Source: Octopus sinensis
Taxonomy: Eukaryota
Direction of reading: 5' to 3'
Length of the DNA: 64,000 nucleotides
Assembly (NCBI RefSeq): GCF_006345805.1
Contig: NC_042998.1
Location: 85,808,001-85,872,000 of the forward strand
Both the position numbers and the translations under genes were made by a program. Every line of letters begins with the position of its first letter. The first letter of the stretch is position 1. Shown piece by piece: positions 39,053 through 51,798 of the stretch. The notes below the pieces were generated by a model, which searched no databases, was not told the DNA's origin, and saw only the letters and a program-made list of their open reading frames with translations.

Positions 39053-40639
39053 ATACATACATATATATATCATCATCATCATCGTTTAACGTCCGCTTTC
39101 CATGCTAGCATGGGTTGGACGGTTCAACTGGGGTCTGGCAAGCCCGAAGGCTGCACCAGGCCAGTCAGATCTAGCTGTGTTTCTACAGCTGGATGCCCTT
39201 CCTAACGCCAACCACTCCGAGAGTGTAGTGGGTGATTTTATGTGCCACCGACACAGGTGCCAGACGAGGCTGGCAGACGGCCACGCTCGGATGGTGTTTT
39301 CGGTGTTTTCTTATGTGCCACCGACACAGGTGCCAGACGAGGCTGGCGAATGGCCACGATCGGATGGTGTTTGTTACGTGCCCACAGCACGGAGGCCAGT
39401 CGATGCGGTACTGGCTACGGTCCCGTTCGGATGGTTTTCTTATGTGCCACCGGCACTGGTACCACAAGGATACAAATTCCATTGATGTTCATCTATTTTG
39501 ATTTGGTTTGATATATATATAATCATCGTCATCATCGTTTAATGTCCGCTTTCCATGCTAGCATGGATTGGACGATTTGATTGAGGACTGGCGAACCAGA
39601 TGGCTGCACCAGGCTCCAATCTGATCTGGCAGAGTTTCTACAGCTTGATGCCCTTCATCACCATTTTGTCTGTTTTGACATGGTTTCTATGGCTGACTGT
39701 CCTTTCTAATGCCAACCACTTTACAGAGTGGTCTGGGTACTTCATTTGTGACATCTACATGAATATTTTTACATAGCATTGGCACTGACACTTTTACATG
39801 GCACCAGCACAAGATCTTTTACATGGTTCTGATACAGGCACTTTTATGTGGAACTTGTACAGGTGTTTTTACATGAAACCAGCATGCGTGAGCCTGCAGT
39901 ACTCAAGAAAACCCACCCACCATAACAGCCATATGCTAAAATGAAGGTGTCATGTTAAAAGCATTGGTGTGGGTGCTGGTCTTACATAAAAAGCACTAGT
40001 ACTGGTGGCATGTAAAGTGCACTGGTGATACCATGTAAAGAACACTTAGTATACACCATAGAGTAGTTGGCATTAGGAAGGGCATCCAGCTGCAGAAGCC
40101 AAAACAAAACAAATTATGGAACCTGATGTGGCACCTGGCCTTGCTAGTTCCTGTTAAGCCATCCAACACATACTGGCATGGAAAATGGGCATTAAATGTT
40201 GATGGCGATGATGATATACATGTATGTATGTATATACACACATCATCATTTAACGTCCGTTTTCCATGCTGGCATGGGTTGGACGATTTGACTGATGACT
40301 GGCGAACCAGATGGCTGTGCCAGGCTTCAATCTTGATCTAGCAGAGTTTCTACAGCTGGATGCCCTTCCTAATGTCAACCACTTCGAGAGTGTAGTGGGT
40401 GCTTTTATGTGCCACCAGCACGAGGGCCAGTCTGGCAGTACTGGCAACAGCCACGCTCAAATGGTGTTTTTTACGTGCCACCTGCACAGGAGCCAGTCCA
40501 GCGGCACTGGCAATGACCTCGTTCGAATGTTTTTCACGTGTCAGTAAGGCGACACACACACACACACACATACACACATATATATATTTTGTATTTTGTA
40601 TTTGGTTTGCAAGATGGTTGATGTGAACTCATGTGCTGA

Positions 40640-42520
40640 AGCATATTCTATTGTGTCTGGGGAGAGCCATTCTCTTTTAATGCCTTATTATTTAACACAT
40701 TTACCAGTTCGATTTCCACTCATTTATTTATTTTTTCTAAAATCTTCGTTGTGTCTTGCAACCTTTTCAATAGTCGTTGACTCTGTCCGTTATCAGAGCT
40801 GTGTTCTTTTTGCTTGTTTGCTTGTTTGTGCACATGTGTGTACATCAGTGTGCATGTGTATACACATATGTATGTATATATGTATGTATATATGTATGTA
40901 TGTGTGAGTGTATGCATATTTGTGTGTGTGTGAATGTGTCTACGTTTGTATGTATGTATGTATTCTGCATATTCATGTGTTTGTGTGTTTGTGTATGTAT
41001 TTGTGTGTGTACTTCTAACACCTTGTATGTATATGTTTGAGAGTGTCTATGTGTATGGGTTTGTGTGACCATGTACATACATCTGTTATGTATGAATGTG
41101 TGTCTCCATTTGTGTCCTTGTGTGCATGGGAAGTGTGCATGTGTGTATATGGTCATGTTTTTCAGTTTTCATTTGTGTATGTATGTACATGTGGTGTGTG
41201 TGTGTGCTTGTCTGTCTGTATTACCTATGTTTACCTATCTATCTATTTATCTTTCTGTTTACTTATATATCCATTTACCTCCACACACACACACACACAC
41301 ATGTCTACATATCCACCTACTAACAACTCTGTGTATATATAAACTGTGGGTATTGGGGTATGACCACTTCCTACTTATACGTATACTTCTTATTTAGTAC
41401 TTGAGATCAGTGTTGGACTGCCCAGGTTGTTAGCTTGCCTGATGGCAAATGGGCCCCTGTGCCATTAAAATCCATATATGGGGGCCCATGTTAGTATGTA
41501 ATGGGTCCATCTCCTCAAGTTTGGAAATTTTTTATTCACTCCTGGAAGAATGCATTATTTCAGCCTGGCTGTGTCTGTAGACAGTTGAAAAGAATACTTT
41601 TAACAAACATATATAAAAAAAATAAATAAAGAAAATAATGATAGCACTATAGTTGTGGGTGGGCCCCCTTTGTCTCCTAGCAACTAATACTTTTATATCC
41701 AGTCTGCCACAGCTGGGGATGTTTCATTTATGATGACATACTCCTGTGTTTGTCTGAGTGTTAGGTCCTTCGGGTGCTTGGATAAAATACGGATGTCAAG
41801 TTGACTCAGTGTACCTCCATGTTGGTCTTTGGCATGTTGGCAGAGTATGGAGGACTCTCCATACTGAGACAAACACTGGAGTATGTCCTCATAAATGAAA
41901 CATCTCCAGTACTAAATAGGAAATATACGTAGAAGGTAGTCATACACCAATACCCACAGTTTATATATACTCAGGTAGTGTTGTTAGTAGGTTGTTATGT
42001 AGAATTATATATATATATATATGTGTGTGTGTGTAGGTAAATGGATTTGTAGGTTTACAGATAGATAAATAGATAGGTACATAGGCAATACGGACAGACA
42101 AGCACACACACACACATACATACAGAAATGAAGATTGGAACACATGACCATATACATACTTGCACACTTCACACACACACATACACAAAGACACATATGA
42201 AGACATATCCATACATAACAGACACACGTACATAGTCACACAAATCCATACACATAAACACATTCAAACAAAGAGACAAAGGTACACAAGCAAATACACA
42301 CACATATACATACAAACAAACATTAACGCACAAACACATCAATAAACAGAATTTATACATACATATTTACATACACATGTACACACATGCATACATATAT
42401 ACACACACACATACATGCATACACACACATACATACATTACATGCATACACACATATTTACATGTATATATACATACATACATACATACATACACACACA
42501 TACATACATACATACATACA

Positions 42521-42551
<31 letters not shown>

Positions 42552-42765
42552 GTGTATAAACATGCACACTGATATATACACATGCGTACAAGCGAACAAA
42601 CAAGTAGTATGCAGCTCTGATAATGGACAGCATCAATGACCGTTGAAAAGGTTGCAAGATGCAATGAAAATTTTAGAAAAGAAAAAATAACTAAATGAGT
42701 GAAACTCAAACTGGTGCCTGTGTTAAGTAATAAGGCATTAAAGTAGAATCTCTCCTCAGACATAA
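40640..42765. repeat. Long fold-back inverted repeat
   Basis: Left arm 40640-41410 plus 41713-41759 is reverse-complementary to right arm 41863-42765. Confidence 0.8.
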
Positions 42766-43101
42766 TAATATGTATATATTATTTTACTTGTTTCAGTTAT
42801 ATGACTGCAGCCATGCTGGAGCAACACCGTTAGTCAAACAAATTGACCCCAGGACTTATACTTTGTAAGCCTAGTACTTATTCTATTGGTCTCTTTTGCT
42901 GAACTGCTAAGTTACAGAGGTGTAACCACACTAACATCGGTGTCAAGCAATGTTTGACCTGAGGCTGTAGTAGAATACACTTGCCTAAGGTACTATGTAG
43001 TGGAACTGAACCCAGAACCATGTTGTTGGGAAGCAAGCTTCTTAGCACACACAGACACACACATGCATGTGCGTGCATGCACACACACACACACACACAC
43101 C

Positions 43102-43157
<56 letters not shown>

Positions 43158-43326
43158 TACATCCCTGTAAATTGGTGGCTCTGTAAAAGAGACTGATAGA
43201 ATAAGTACTAGGCTTAAGAAATATGTCCTGGGGTCAATCTGTTTGACTAAAACCCTTCAAGGTGGTGCTCCAGCATCATTGCAGTCAAATAACTGAAATG
43301 AGTAAAAGAATAAAAGAATTAAAGAA

Positions 43327-43370
<44 letters not shown>

Positions 43371-43755
43371 TGCGAAGACATGTTGGGGCAAGCGAAATTG
43401 AAATCGAATTGAACCAGCCAGGATCCCTGGTCTGGTGGTACGTAAAAAGCACTAACCGACTCGTGGCCAATGCCAGCACCGCCTCGACTGGCTTCCGTGC
43501 CGGTGGCACATAAAATACACCAATCCGACCGTGGCCGTTGCCAGCCTCGCCTGGCACCTGTGCAGGTGGCACGTAAAAAGCACCCACTACACTCACGGAG
43601 TGGTTGGCGTTAGGAAGGGCATCCAGCTGTAGAAACATTGCCAGATAAGACTGGAGCCCGGTGCAGCCTTCTGGCTTCCCAGATCCCCGGTCGAACTGTC
43701 CAACCCATGCTAGCATGGAGAACGGACGTTAAACGATGATGATGATGATGATGAT
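43371..43755 (+). mobile_element. Young (GAT)n-tailed RTE 3'-end retroposon
   Basis: CpG-rich, ends ccatgctagcatgg...gttaaac(GAT)n; nearly identical to the intronic copy at about 24288-24510. Dozens of older copies occur on both strands. Confidence 0.85.
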
Positions 43756-43799
43756 ATATATAAAAATGTTTTGTGTAATGAGATAAAAAGAACCAAAGC

Positions 43800-44190
43800 T
43801 GTTGTAGTGGAGCATCCACCTCCACTACTGACTTGGTCATCTAGGTAATGGAAGCTATTGGCTACTTCTATTCTTCCCCACTGATATTTGATGGAGCCTG
43901 TTTTCTGTACATTTTTAGTGTTAATTATACATATGAACCTTCCACATACCAAAACTATTTTCCCTGTTAACCTTCCTCTCATATTACTGCACCTCATGGG
44001 TGTTCATAGCTTACACCGGGTACATCTTATGGAGTTTCTACCTCTGCTGTTTCTACAGATCAAGCAGAGCCATGCACCTGAAAGGATTTGTGATTTGTCT
44101 ACTTTCCTACTTATTAGGACTATGGTTTTTGCTAGGTTAACTCTAAAGCACTTCAGTTCTAAACCTTGCTTCCTTACCTGAAACTTCTTC
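43800..44190 (-). mobile_element. RTE LINE fragment
   Basis: ELEKKFQVRKQGLE...VNLAKT, WLCLICR...SIRCTRC, IEVANSFHYLDDQVSSGGGCS. Confidence 0.8.
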
Positions 44191-45354
44191 TCTAGTTCTA
44201 CTTATATATATATGTATATATATACTGTTGTGTCTGGGGAGAGTCATTTTCTTTTTGGGTCTCCCCAGACACAATAGAATATATTTCAACACATGAACTA
44301 ACAAAAAGAATCTTGCAAACCAAATCCAAAAACGAAATATATATATATATACATGTATGTATGTATGTATGTATGTATGTATGTATGTATGTATGTATGT
44401 ATGTATGTATGTATGTATGTATGTATGTATGTATAGAGAGAGATGTAAGTGGAATCAATGAAAAGAAAATACTCCATCCTGTGAGAAATAAATATCAATT
44501 TAATTGACAATTACAAAAGAGTTACTAAAAGGTTCATCCTTTATAATACTTTAAATTGGTAAAATCTGAAAGATTGCCTTGATATATATAGTGTGTTTTA
44601 TAAATCTGCCAATATAAAGTGTCATAAAAGCATGAAACTATTAGTAACTATTTTGCAATTGTATATTAAGTTGACATATATATATAGGAACCACCTTAAG
44701 GCCACAGCCTTCCAAGTTACAGCATGATCATCACTTGTGTGAGTGCCACAAAAAAATAAAGCACACTCAGTAAAGTGGATGGCATTAGGAAGGGCCTCCA
44801 GCTGTTAAAACTGGATCCTGTCAAACCATCTAACCCACACCAGCATGGAATATGGATGATGATGATGATGATGATGATGACAACGACACCGGCGGTAGCG
44901 ATGGCGATGACAATGACGACAATGACCTCTTCATTAGGCATTGCTGTGGCTTTCTGCCTTCTGTCTTGCTTATATTTTTTTTTGGCAAAATATCAAACAT
45001 TGAATTACAATTCAAAACACTCTCTCAATCACATGGTGTCGGTCATTTAGCTTAATTAAATTCACATGTTGTGATACCCTCTCATTTGAATTCAAAAACA
45101 TTCTTTGATACTCTAATATGCAATTGAGTTTACTTACCTTTTGTGAGTTATATAGTATATCTATATATCTATTTTGTGTTGTATTTGATTGTTGCATGAA
45201 TATTTATTAATCATCATACACACACCCCACATATATATATATATATCTATATATATATATAATAATAAATATTAGGGAATATATCCAAATTTACAGGGAA
45301 AAAAAATCAGATTTAGGATTAAATCCAATTTTATAGTAAACTCTTAAAAATATT

Positions 45355-46998
45355 TTTGAGACAAAACCACTATTTTGCAAAACAAACAATGAAAGACTTA
45401 CTCAATACCAATAAAATTTAATAAATCGTCAAAAAAAACCGCCACTACAATCGTTGCTTTCTTGATCGACAATCTTCAGGTGACTTTTTCCAATCTACAA
45501 AATCAAAATTTTAAAATATAAACATAATACTTTTAAATTTAAAGTAATAAATGAAAAAATATAAGTATACTAATCCTATATAACCTATATATAATCCCCT
45601 ATCGAAATATTCGACATATTACCACGAATTCCCTAAAAAAAAAAAAAAAACCATGATAAAACAAAAACTCTTAAAACATATAACGATAAACATCTCCCTT
45701 TGCGTCCACTCTATAACAAACCTAAAATTAACCCCTAACCTAAACATTCACACACAAATACACACCGTACACCACAGACTCATCGACTTATACACAATAC
45801 CTATACTAACTTATAAACCCTCAATATACGCCACACCCACTCCCTCCCCACACAGACAAATTAACACAATCCATCCCAAAACCTAATAACAAACCCATAT
45901 ACACTTCACAACAAAACACACACTCACACGCACAACACTCCACACCCAAAATTATACATATACTCCTCACTATTCGCCTTACATCTCACTAAACTCGACA
46001 TATACAACAATATTCACACCCACAAAAACATTATACCATTTATGAGCTTTAAAACTCACCTTAGCATCTCTAACAAACAACTTGGCAGTAACCCAATCCC
46101 ATTCTCTATGCCTACCTCACTACTACAACTGTTCCATCACATTCCAACACACGCTAGTCCACCACCCCTTTTATTCACGTGGCAAACGAACAACCACTCA
46201 ACAATTATATTGAATGACAACATATGTAAAAGCAAATAACCAACACCTAAAATAGACAAAATATACCACGAATGACCTAAAAACAACCCTTAGTTAAACA
46301 GCTCATAAATGAAATATGTAAAGTGTTTTTGGGGTGTGTAAGTATTGTTGTATATGTCGAGTTAGTGAGTATGTATAGGCGTATATGTGAGGGAGTATAT
46401 GATATCTTTGTGTGTGAGTGTTTTGCTGTGAGTGTGTGTTTGTGTGTGAATGTGTATATGGGTTTTGTTCTTTAGGTTTTGGGATGTATGTGTGTATTTG
46501 TCTGTGTGGGGAGGGAGTGGTTTTGGTGTATTGAGGTGTATAAGTTTAGTATAGGTATGTGTATAAGTCGTGAGTCTGTGGTTTACATGTGTGTATTTGT
46601 GTGTGAATGTTTAGTTAGGGGGTTTACTTTATAGGTTTGTTATAGAGTTTAGCAAAGGGTAGATTTTATCGTTATATGTTTTTAAGAGTTTTTTTTTATC
46701 ATGGTTTTTTTTTTTTTTAGGAATTCGTGGTAATTAGTCTATATTTTCGATATGGATTATATATAGGTTATATATGGATTATATACTTAATTTTTTTCAT
46801 TTAATACTTTATTATTTAAAAGTATTATTTTTATATTTTAAAATTTTATTTTTTAGATTGGAAGTCCACCTGAAGATGTGTCGATCAAGACAAAAAACGA
46901 TTGTAGTGGCGGTTTTTTTGACTTTTATTAAATTTTATGTATGATTAAGTCTTTCCTTGTTTGTTTTGCAAAATAGTGGTTTTTGTCTCAAATAATAT
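45355..46998. repeat. Long imperfect palindrome
   Basis: Arms about 45355-46066 and 46292-46998 are reverse complements with many small indels; loop about 225 nt. Confidence 0.85.
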
Positions 46999-48013
46999 TT
47001 TATATATATATATATATATACACTTATCTATACATAATATATATAGGTGTGTTGTGTGCATGAATATATATTATATACCTACATATATATATATAAATAT
47101 GTATATATATAATAATATATCTATTACATATACAAACTTATTTATATATATATTTTATGAATAAGTATATATGTATATATATATGTGTGTGTGTGTGTGT
47201 GTATATATTATATATATATATATCAATATAGTTCTGCCTGACTGACTCCCATGCGGGTGGCGTGTAAAGAGCACCAGCCAATCATGGCTGATGCCAGTAT
47301 CCCCAGACTGGCTCCTGTGCCGTGGCACATAAAAAGCACCCAATACACTTTCTTAGTGGTTGGCATTAGGATGGGCATCCAGCTGTGTAAACTTTGATAG
47401 ATCAGATTGCAGCCATGTGCAGCCACTGGCTCTCCAGACCTCATACCAACCCATGCCAGCATGGAAAACAGATGTTAATCGATGATGATGATGATGATAT
47501 AAATATATATATAATTGAAAAAAACGAGTCAACAAGAAGTGGCTACAGCTGGACATTTAGTTTTTAATCACAATGTTCTTGAAGCCAAAGATTTTAAACT
47601 TATGGAGACAATATTTTAATATTGCCTGAGGAAACACAACTAGATCTCATAATGCAGGGAAACAGTTGCACAATGAAGTACCTGCACACCTAGAGAACTA
47701 TGTTGCATGGAAACAATTGTAGTGATTAAAAAATAAATGTCCAACCATACCACTTCTTACTGACTCCAATTTTTTCAATTATATATTCACACATGACAGA
47801 TGCCTAAATGCAAACCTGGAAGTACATATAATACTACCACTGGATAGCACTGGGAAAATCTGAAGATGGACAAGCTTTATACTGTACTCCACTACGTTCT
47901 TAACAGAATATACCATAACTATATATATATATATATATTATATTTATTTAATAATATCAGGGTAATAAAGATCTTTGAAATTTTTAATGTGTTTAAATAC
48001 ACACTGTATTCTC

Positions 48014-48060
<47 letters not shown>

Positions 48061-48459
48061 ATACATATATATATACATTTTATCTTATTAAACTTTTTAA
48101 TACTTTTTGATAGTTATATATAAAAAAAAATAATAAAAAAATAATATATATATATATAAATTTATAAGTAATTAATAATTTAAAATTTTTTAAAATTTTA
48201 CCCTTAAATTTAAATAATTTAAATTGTGAATTTTATATTTTATATATTTTGTATATTATATTAATTAATTTTATTTCTATGTTTTGGTTTATGTTTTTCA
48301 CTGTTTGATTTGCCTAATAGTGGTTTTATCTCTAATTTAATATATAAAAATATATATTTATACTGTAAAATTAGATTTAATCCTAAATCTAATTTTTCCC
48401 TGTAAGTTTGGATTTACTCCCTAATATTATTATTATTATTATTATTATTTATATATATA

Positions 48460-48499
<40 letters not shown>

Positions 48500-48514
48500 C
48501 TATATATACATATA

Positions 48515-49655
48515 TATATATATAAAACTCAACTTGTGTCTGTGTGTGTATCTGTGTGTGTGTGTGTCTGTGTGCTTAACTTCCCGGCACATCTCCACCT
48601 AGCCAACAATTCGTAGAACCACCAAAAATGGGTCACTTAAAGTTTAGGCGAATGAAAATTGAACTGCACTATTTCTGTTCCGAAATTCATCTCGCAAGTG
48701 CAAAAATCAATAATGTGTTTGTTTAGGCCTTATCTCATGCATTGAATAGTGAACTTTACTCAGTCAGCTGTTTGACGTGAACTGTGTTCACCACGCGTGC
48801 AAGCATACGTAAATTGCATGGAAAATAAAAAATCAAAATATAAAAACGAATCGCCGTAAACATTGTAGAAATTCGGCAAAGAAAGGAATTTTCGGGATGT
48901 AGCCTGGAGGGTTTTTTCATATTAATCGTTTGGACTTTGTGAACACATACCAATTGCTTTCATAACATTTTTAACGCTTTGAATTAAATGTGACCATTTT
49001 GCGTTGAATCTGCAGTTTGAATCACTTTAACTAAATTTTAGCAGGCCGGATTTTTGATCATCACGATATATTGCCAGCGACTCCCTGAAACTTTCCCCTG
49101 AAATCCCCATTGAGAAATCTATATATATAAAACTCAACTTGTGTGTCTGTGTGTGTATATGTGTGTGTGTCTGTGTGTGTATCTGTGTGTGTGTCTGTGT
49201 GTGTATCTGTGTGTGTGTCTGTGTGTTTAACTTTTGGATCTACCAGTTTCATTATTAGGATGGAAAGTAGTGTGTAGCAAATCTATATATAAAGCTGAAG
49301 TTGTCTGGTGTGGCAGGTTTGGTAGCCTTCAACTAACACTATCTCCTTCGAGACCCTGCAAGCACAAGTTGACCAAAATTGAGAGTATGATAGAAGAAGG
49401 CTTGCTCTTCATCTGTAGGAAATAAAATTCAAATCGACCATGTTAACACAAAAAATTATTTACATCATAAAGGTGGCTTTTTTTCTTTGAAAATCCTATT
49501 TTTTACATTTTTTGACTGCTGTGTCACCATTTTTTCGGAAGTATTTCAGCTGGAAAATGTTCACTTGAGAGAATAACAAGTTGCATAATGCAAAATTTTA
49601 CTTTTCAAAATTCCAATTCTAAAGGGTTGAAAACACCCAAAGCAACACCGGGTAG
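48515..49655 (+). mobile_element. Cluster of truncated Helitron-like copies
   Basis: 48515-49115 is a diverged copy of 49660-50301 lacking its 3' end; 49118-49234 is another 5' fragment; 49282-49655 is a second family starting TCTATATATAAAGCTGAAG and ending GCAACACCGGGTAG. Confidence 0.6.
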
Positions 49656-49659
49656 TATA

Positions 49660-50301
49660 TCTCTATATTATAAAACTCAACTTGTGTGTCTGTGTGTGTA
49701 TCTGTGTGTGTGTCTGGTGTTTTACTTCTCGGCACATCTCCTCCTAGCCAACAAATCGTAGAACCACCAAAAATGGGTCACTTAAAGTTTAGGCGAATGA
49801 AAATTGAACTGCACTATTCCTGTTCCGAAATTCATCTCGCAAGTGCAAAAGTTGATAATGTGTTTGTTTAGGCCTTATCCCATGCATTGAATAGTAAACT
49901 TTATGCAGTCAGCTGTTTGACATGAACGCTTTGAATTAAATGTAACCATTTTGCGTTGAGTCTGCAGTTTGAATCACTTTAACTAAATTTAGCGGGCTGG
50001 ATGTTTGATCATCACGATACATCGCCAGCGATTCCCTGAAACTCTGCCCTGAAATCCCCTTTGAGAAATACTGATCTAAAAGAATAATTCAACAATGCAA
50101 TTATTTGATCAACAAAAATTTATGAAATGCTTCTACGTACTTCCTATTGAGGTAATGGAACACATAAGCATAAAAATAGAGGGCATTAAATGCTTGATTT
50201 TAAAACCAAAATAATTGAATTTTGATTGAACTTCATCCAAGTTTAGCTTAATTCGCGCGTGCATAGAACGCACGAGCACACGAGCCGGGCAATACTGCTA
50301 G
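49660..50301 (+). mobile_element. Helitron-like non-autonomous element, apparently complete
   Basis: Starts TC(TC)TATATTATAAAACTCAAC, internal (TG)/(TCTG) microsatellite, ends GAGCCGGGCAATACTG-CTAG, sits between A and T. Confidence 0.65.
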
Positions 50302-50304
50302 TAT

Positions 50305-50360
<56 letters not shown>

Positions 50361-50686
50361 ATATTTCTTTTGGTTTCCATTTGCCAAATCTTTCTACAAG
50401 GCTTGGTCAGTCCAAAGCTATAGCAGGTGACACTTGCCTAAGGTGCTATGCAGTAGGACTGAACCTGAAACTATGTGGGTTGATGGCAAACTCCTTAACC
50501 AGACTTCCATGCAGGTGCCTTGTATAAAATATCTTCCCTTTCTTCCAATTCTAAGTTAGCACTCAAAGTAGATAAAATGGGAAATATGTGTCTTGAAATT
50601 TCATAAATTGCTTTGTCTCTTTTAAAATATAATTTAAAATGGAAAAACAACAATCTTTTATGTTTAAGATTTAATTTATCACGTAC

Positions 50687-50719
50687 CTGTGAAAAACTCA
50701 GCATCATATTTCATCACTT
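50687..50719 (-). CDS. Candidate micro-exon of unidentified minus-strand gene
   Basis: gatttcttttatttcag|AAGTGATGAAATATGATGCTGAGTTTTTCACAG|gtacgt; 33 nt, open only in phase 1 (VMKYDAEFFT). Confidence 0.45.
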
Positions 50720-50886
50720 CTGAAATAAAAGAAATCTTATTGCTTTTAGAAAGTGTGTTCCATCTTTTTTCTTCTTTCTCTATTTTTTTATATGTAGACA
50801 TAAAAGCATAAATACATTTGGCATCATCAAACTGCCACTTTTCATAATAGCATGGGTTAGGTTGGTATAGTCCGAGTCAGTTCCTA

Positions 50887-51335
50887 ATGCACACTCATGC
50901 ATGCACACACACACACATGCATGCATACACATACCTATATGCACTCACATACATGCACACACACACACCCACTTACACACACATATGCATGCAAACACAC
51001 AAGCACGTGCACAAACACACATGCACACACACATGTATGCACACACGCATGCATGCATACACACACATACATATGCACTCACATGCATGCATTTATGCAC
51101 ATACACACACTCACACACATATGCATGTACACATGCACACACACATGCATGTATGCATACAGACATATATATACTCACACACTCATATGCATGCACACAT
51201 GCATACACACAGAGGCATGCACACATACACACACATATGTGCACTCACACATGCATGCATACATGCACACACACACACACAACACACACACACACACTCA
51301 CACATCTATGCACATATGCATGTACGCACCCACAC
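50887..51335. repeat. Degenerate (CA)n/(CATG) low-complexity tract
   Basis: Direct inspection; produces spurious His/Thr-rich ORFs. Confidence 0.9.
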
Positions 51336-51798
51336 AAATTTTTAACCTTGTTTCATATGACTTAAAATGTTGTCAAAAGCAATAAGGTTGACTTTTCATT
51401 TTTGCCAGATACTATATATCCTCAAAGCCATCTGAAGTAGAGAATTATAATTAAGAGAAATACAGGATGAAAAGGTGTAAATAAGATGAAGCAGGAGTAG
51501 AAAGAATTTGAGAAGACAATTAATCCCATGTCTTTGACGATCAGATTTATCCATGCCAGCTCATATCCAGTTCATTTGTTTTCCATAAATAAAAGGATTA
51601 AGTGGTTAGTTTTGACAGTCGGATATTTTGAGGCAGTTACAGAAATTTCGAGTCTTTTACCTAATATTAACACCCTTCTGCATCAGCCAGTTCTCTTACA
51701 TACATAAAAATTTCGGTATTTTGATATGATCATCCTGCAGTTTATTTCCATACCTATATTTCTAAATTCTTATTTACCTCCTCATTATAATATATATA

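Noticed and set aside
40720-42763. Many overlapping His/Thr/Tyr/Ile or Cys/Val/Met-rich ORFs (also at 50887-51385, 53018-53330, 54207-54539)
   Set aside because: Translations of (CA)n, (TACA)n and (TG)n microsatellites; not genes.
46305-46860. C-poor strand resembling bisulfite-converted DNA
   Set aside because: By my count most residual Cs are outside CpG and the complementary arm mirrors the skew; ordinary compositional asymmetry explains it.
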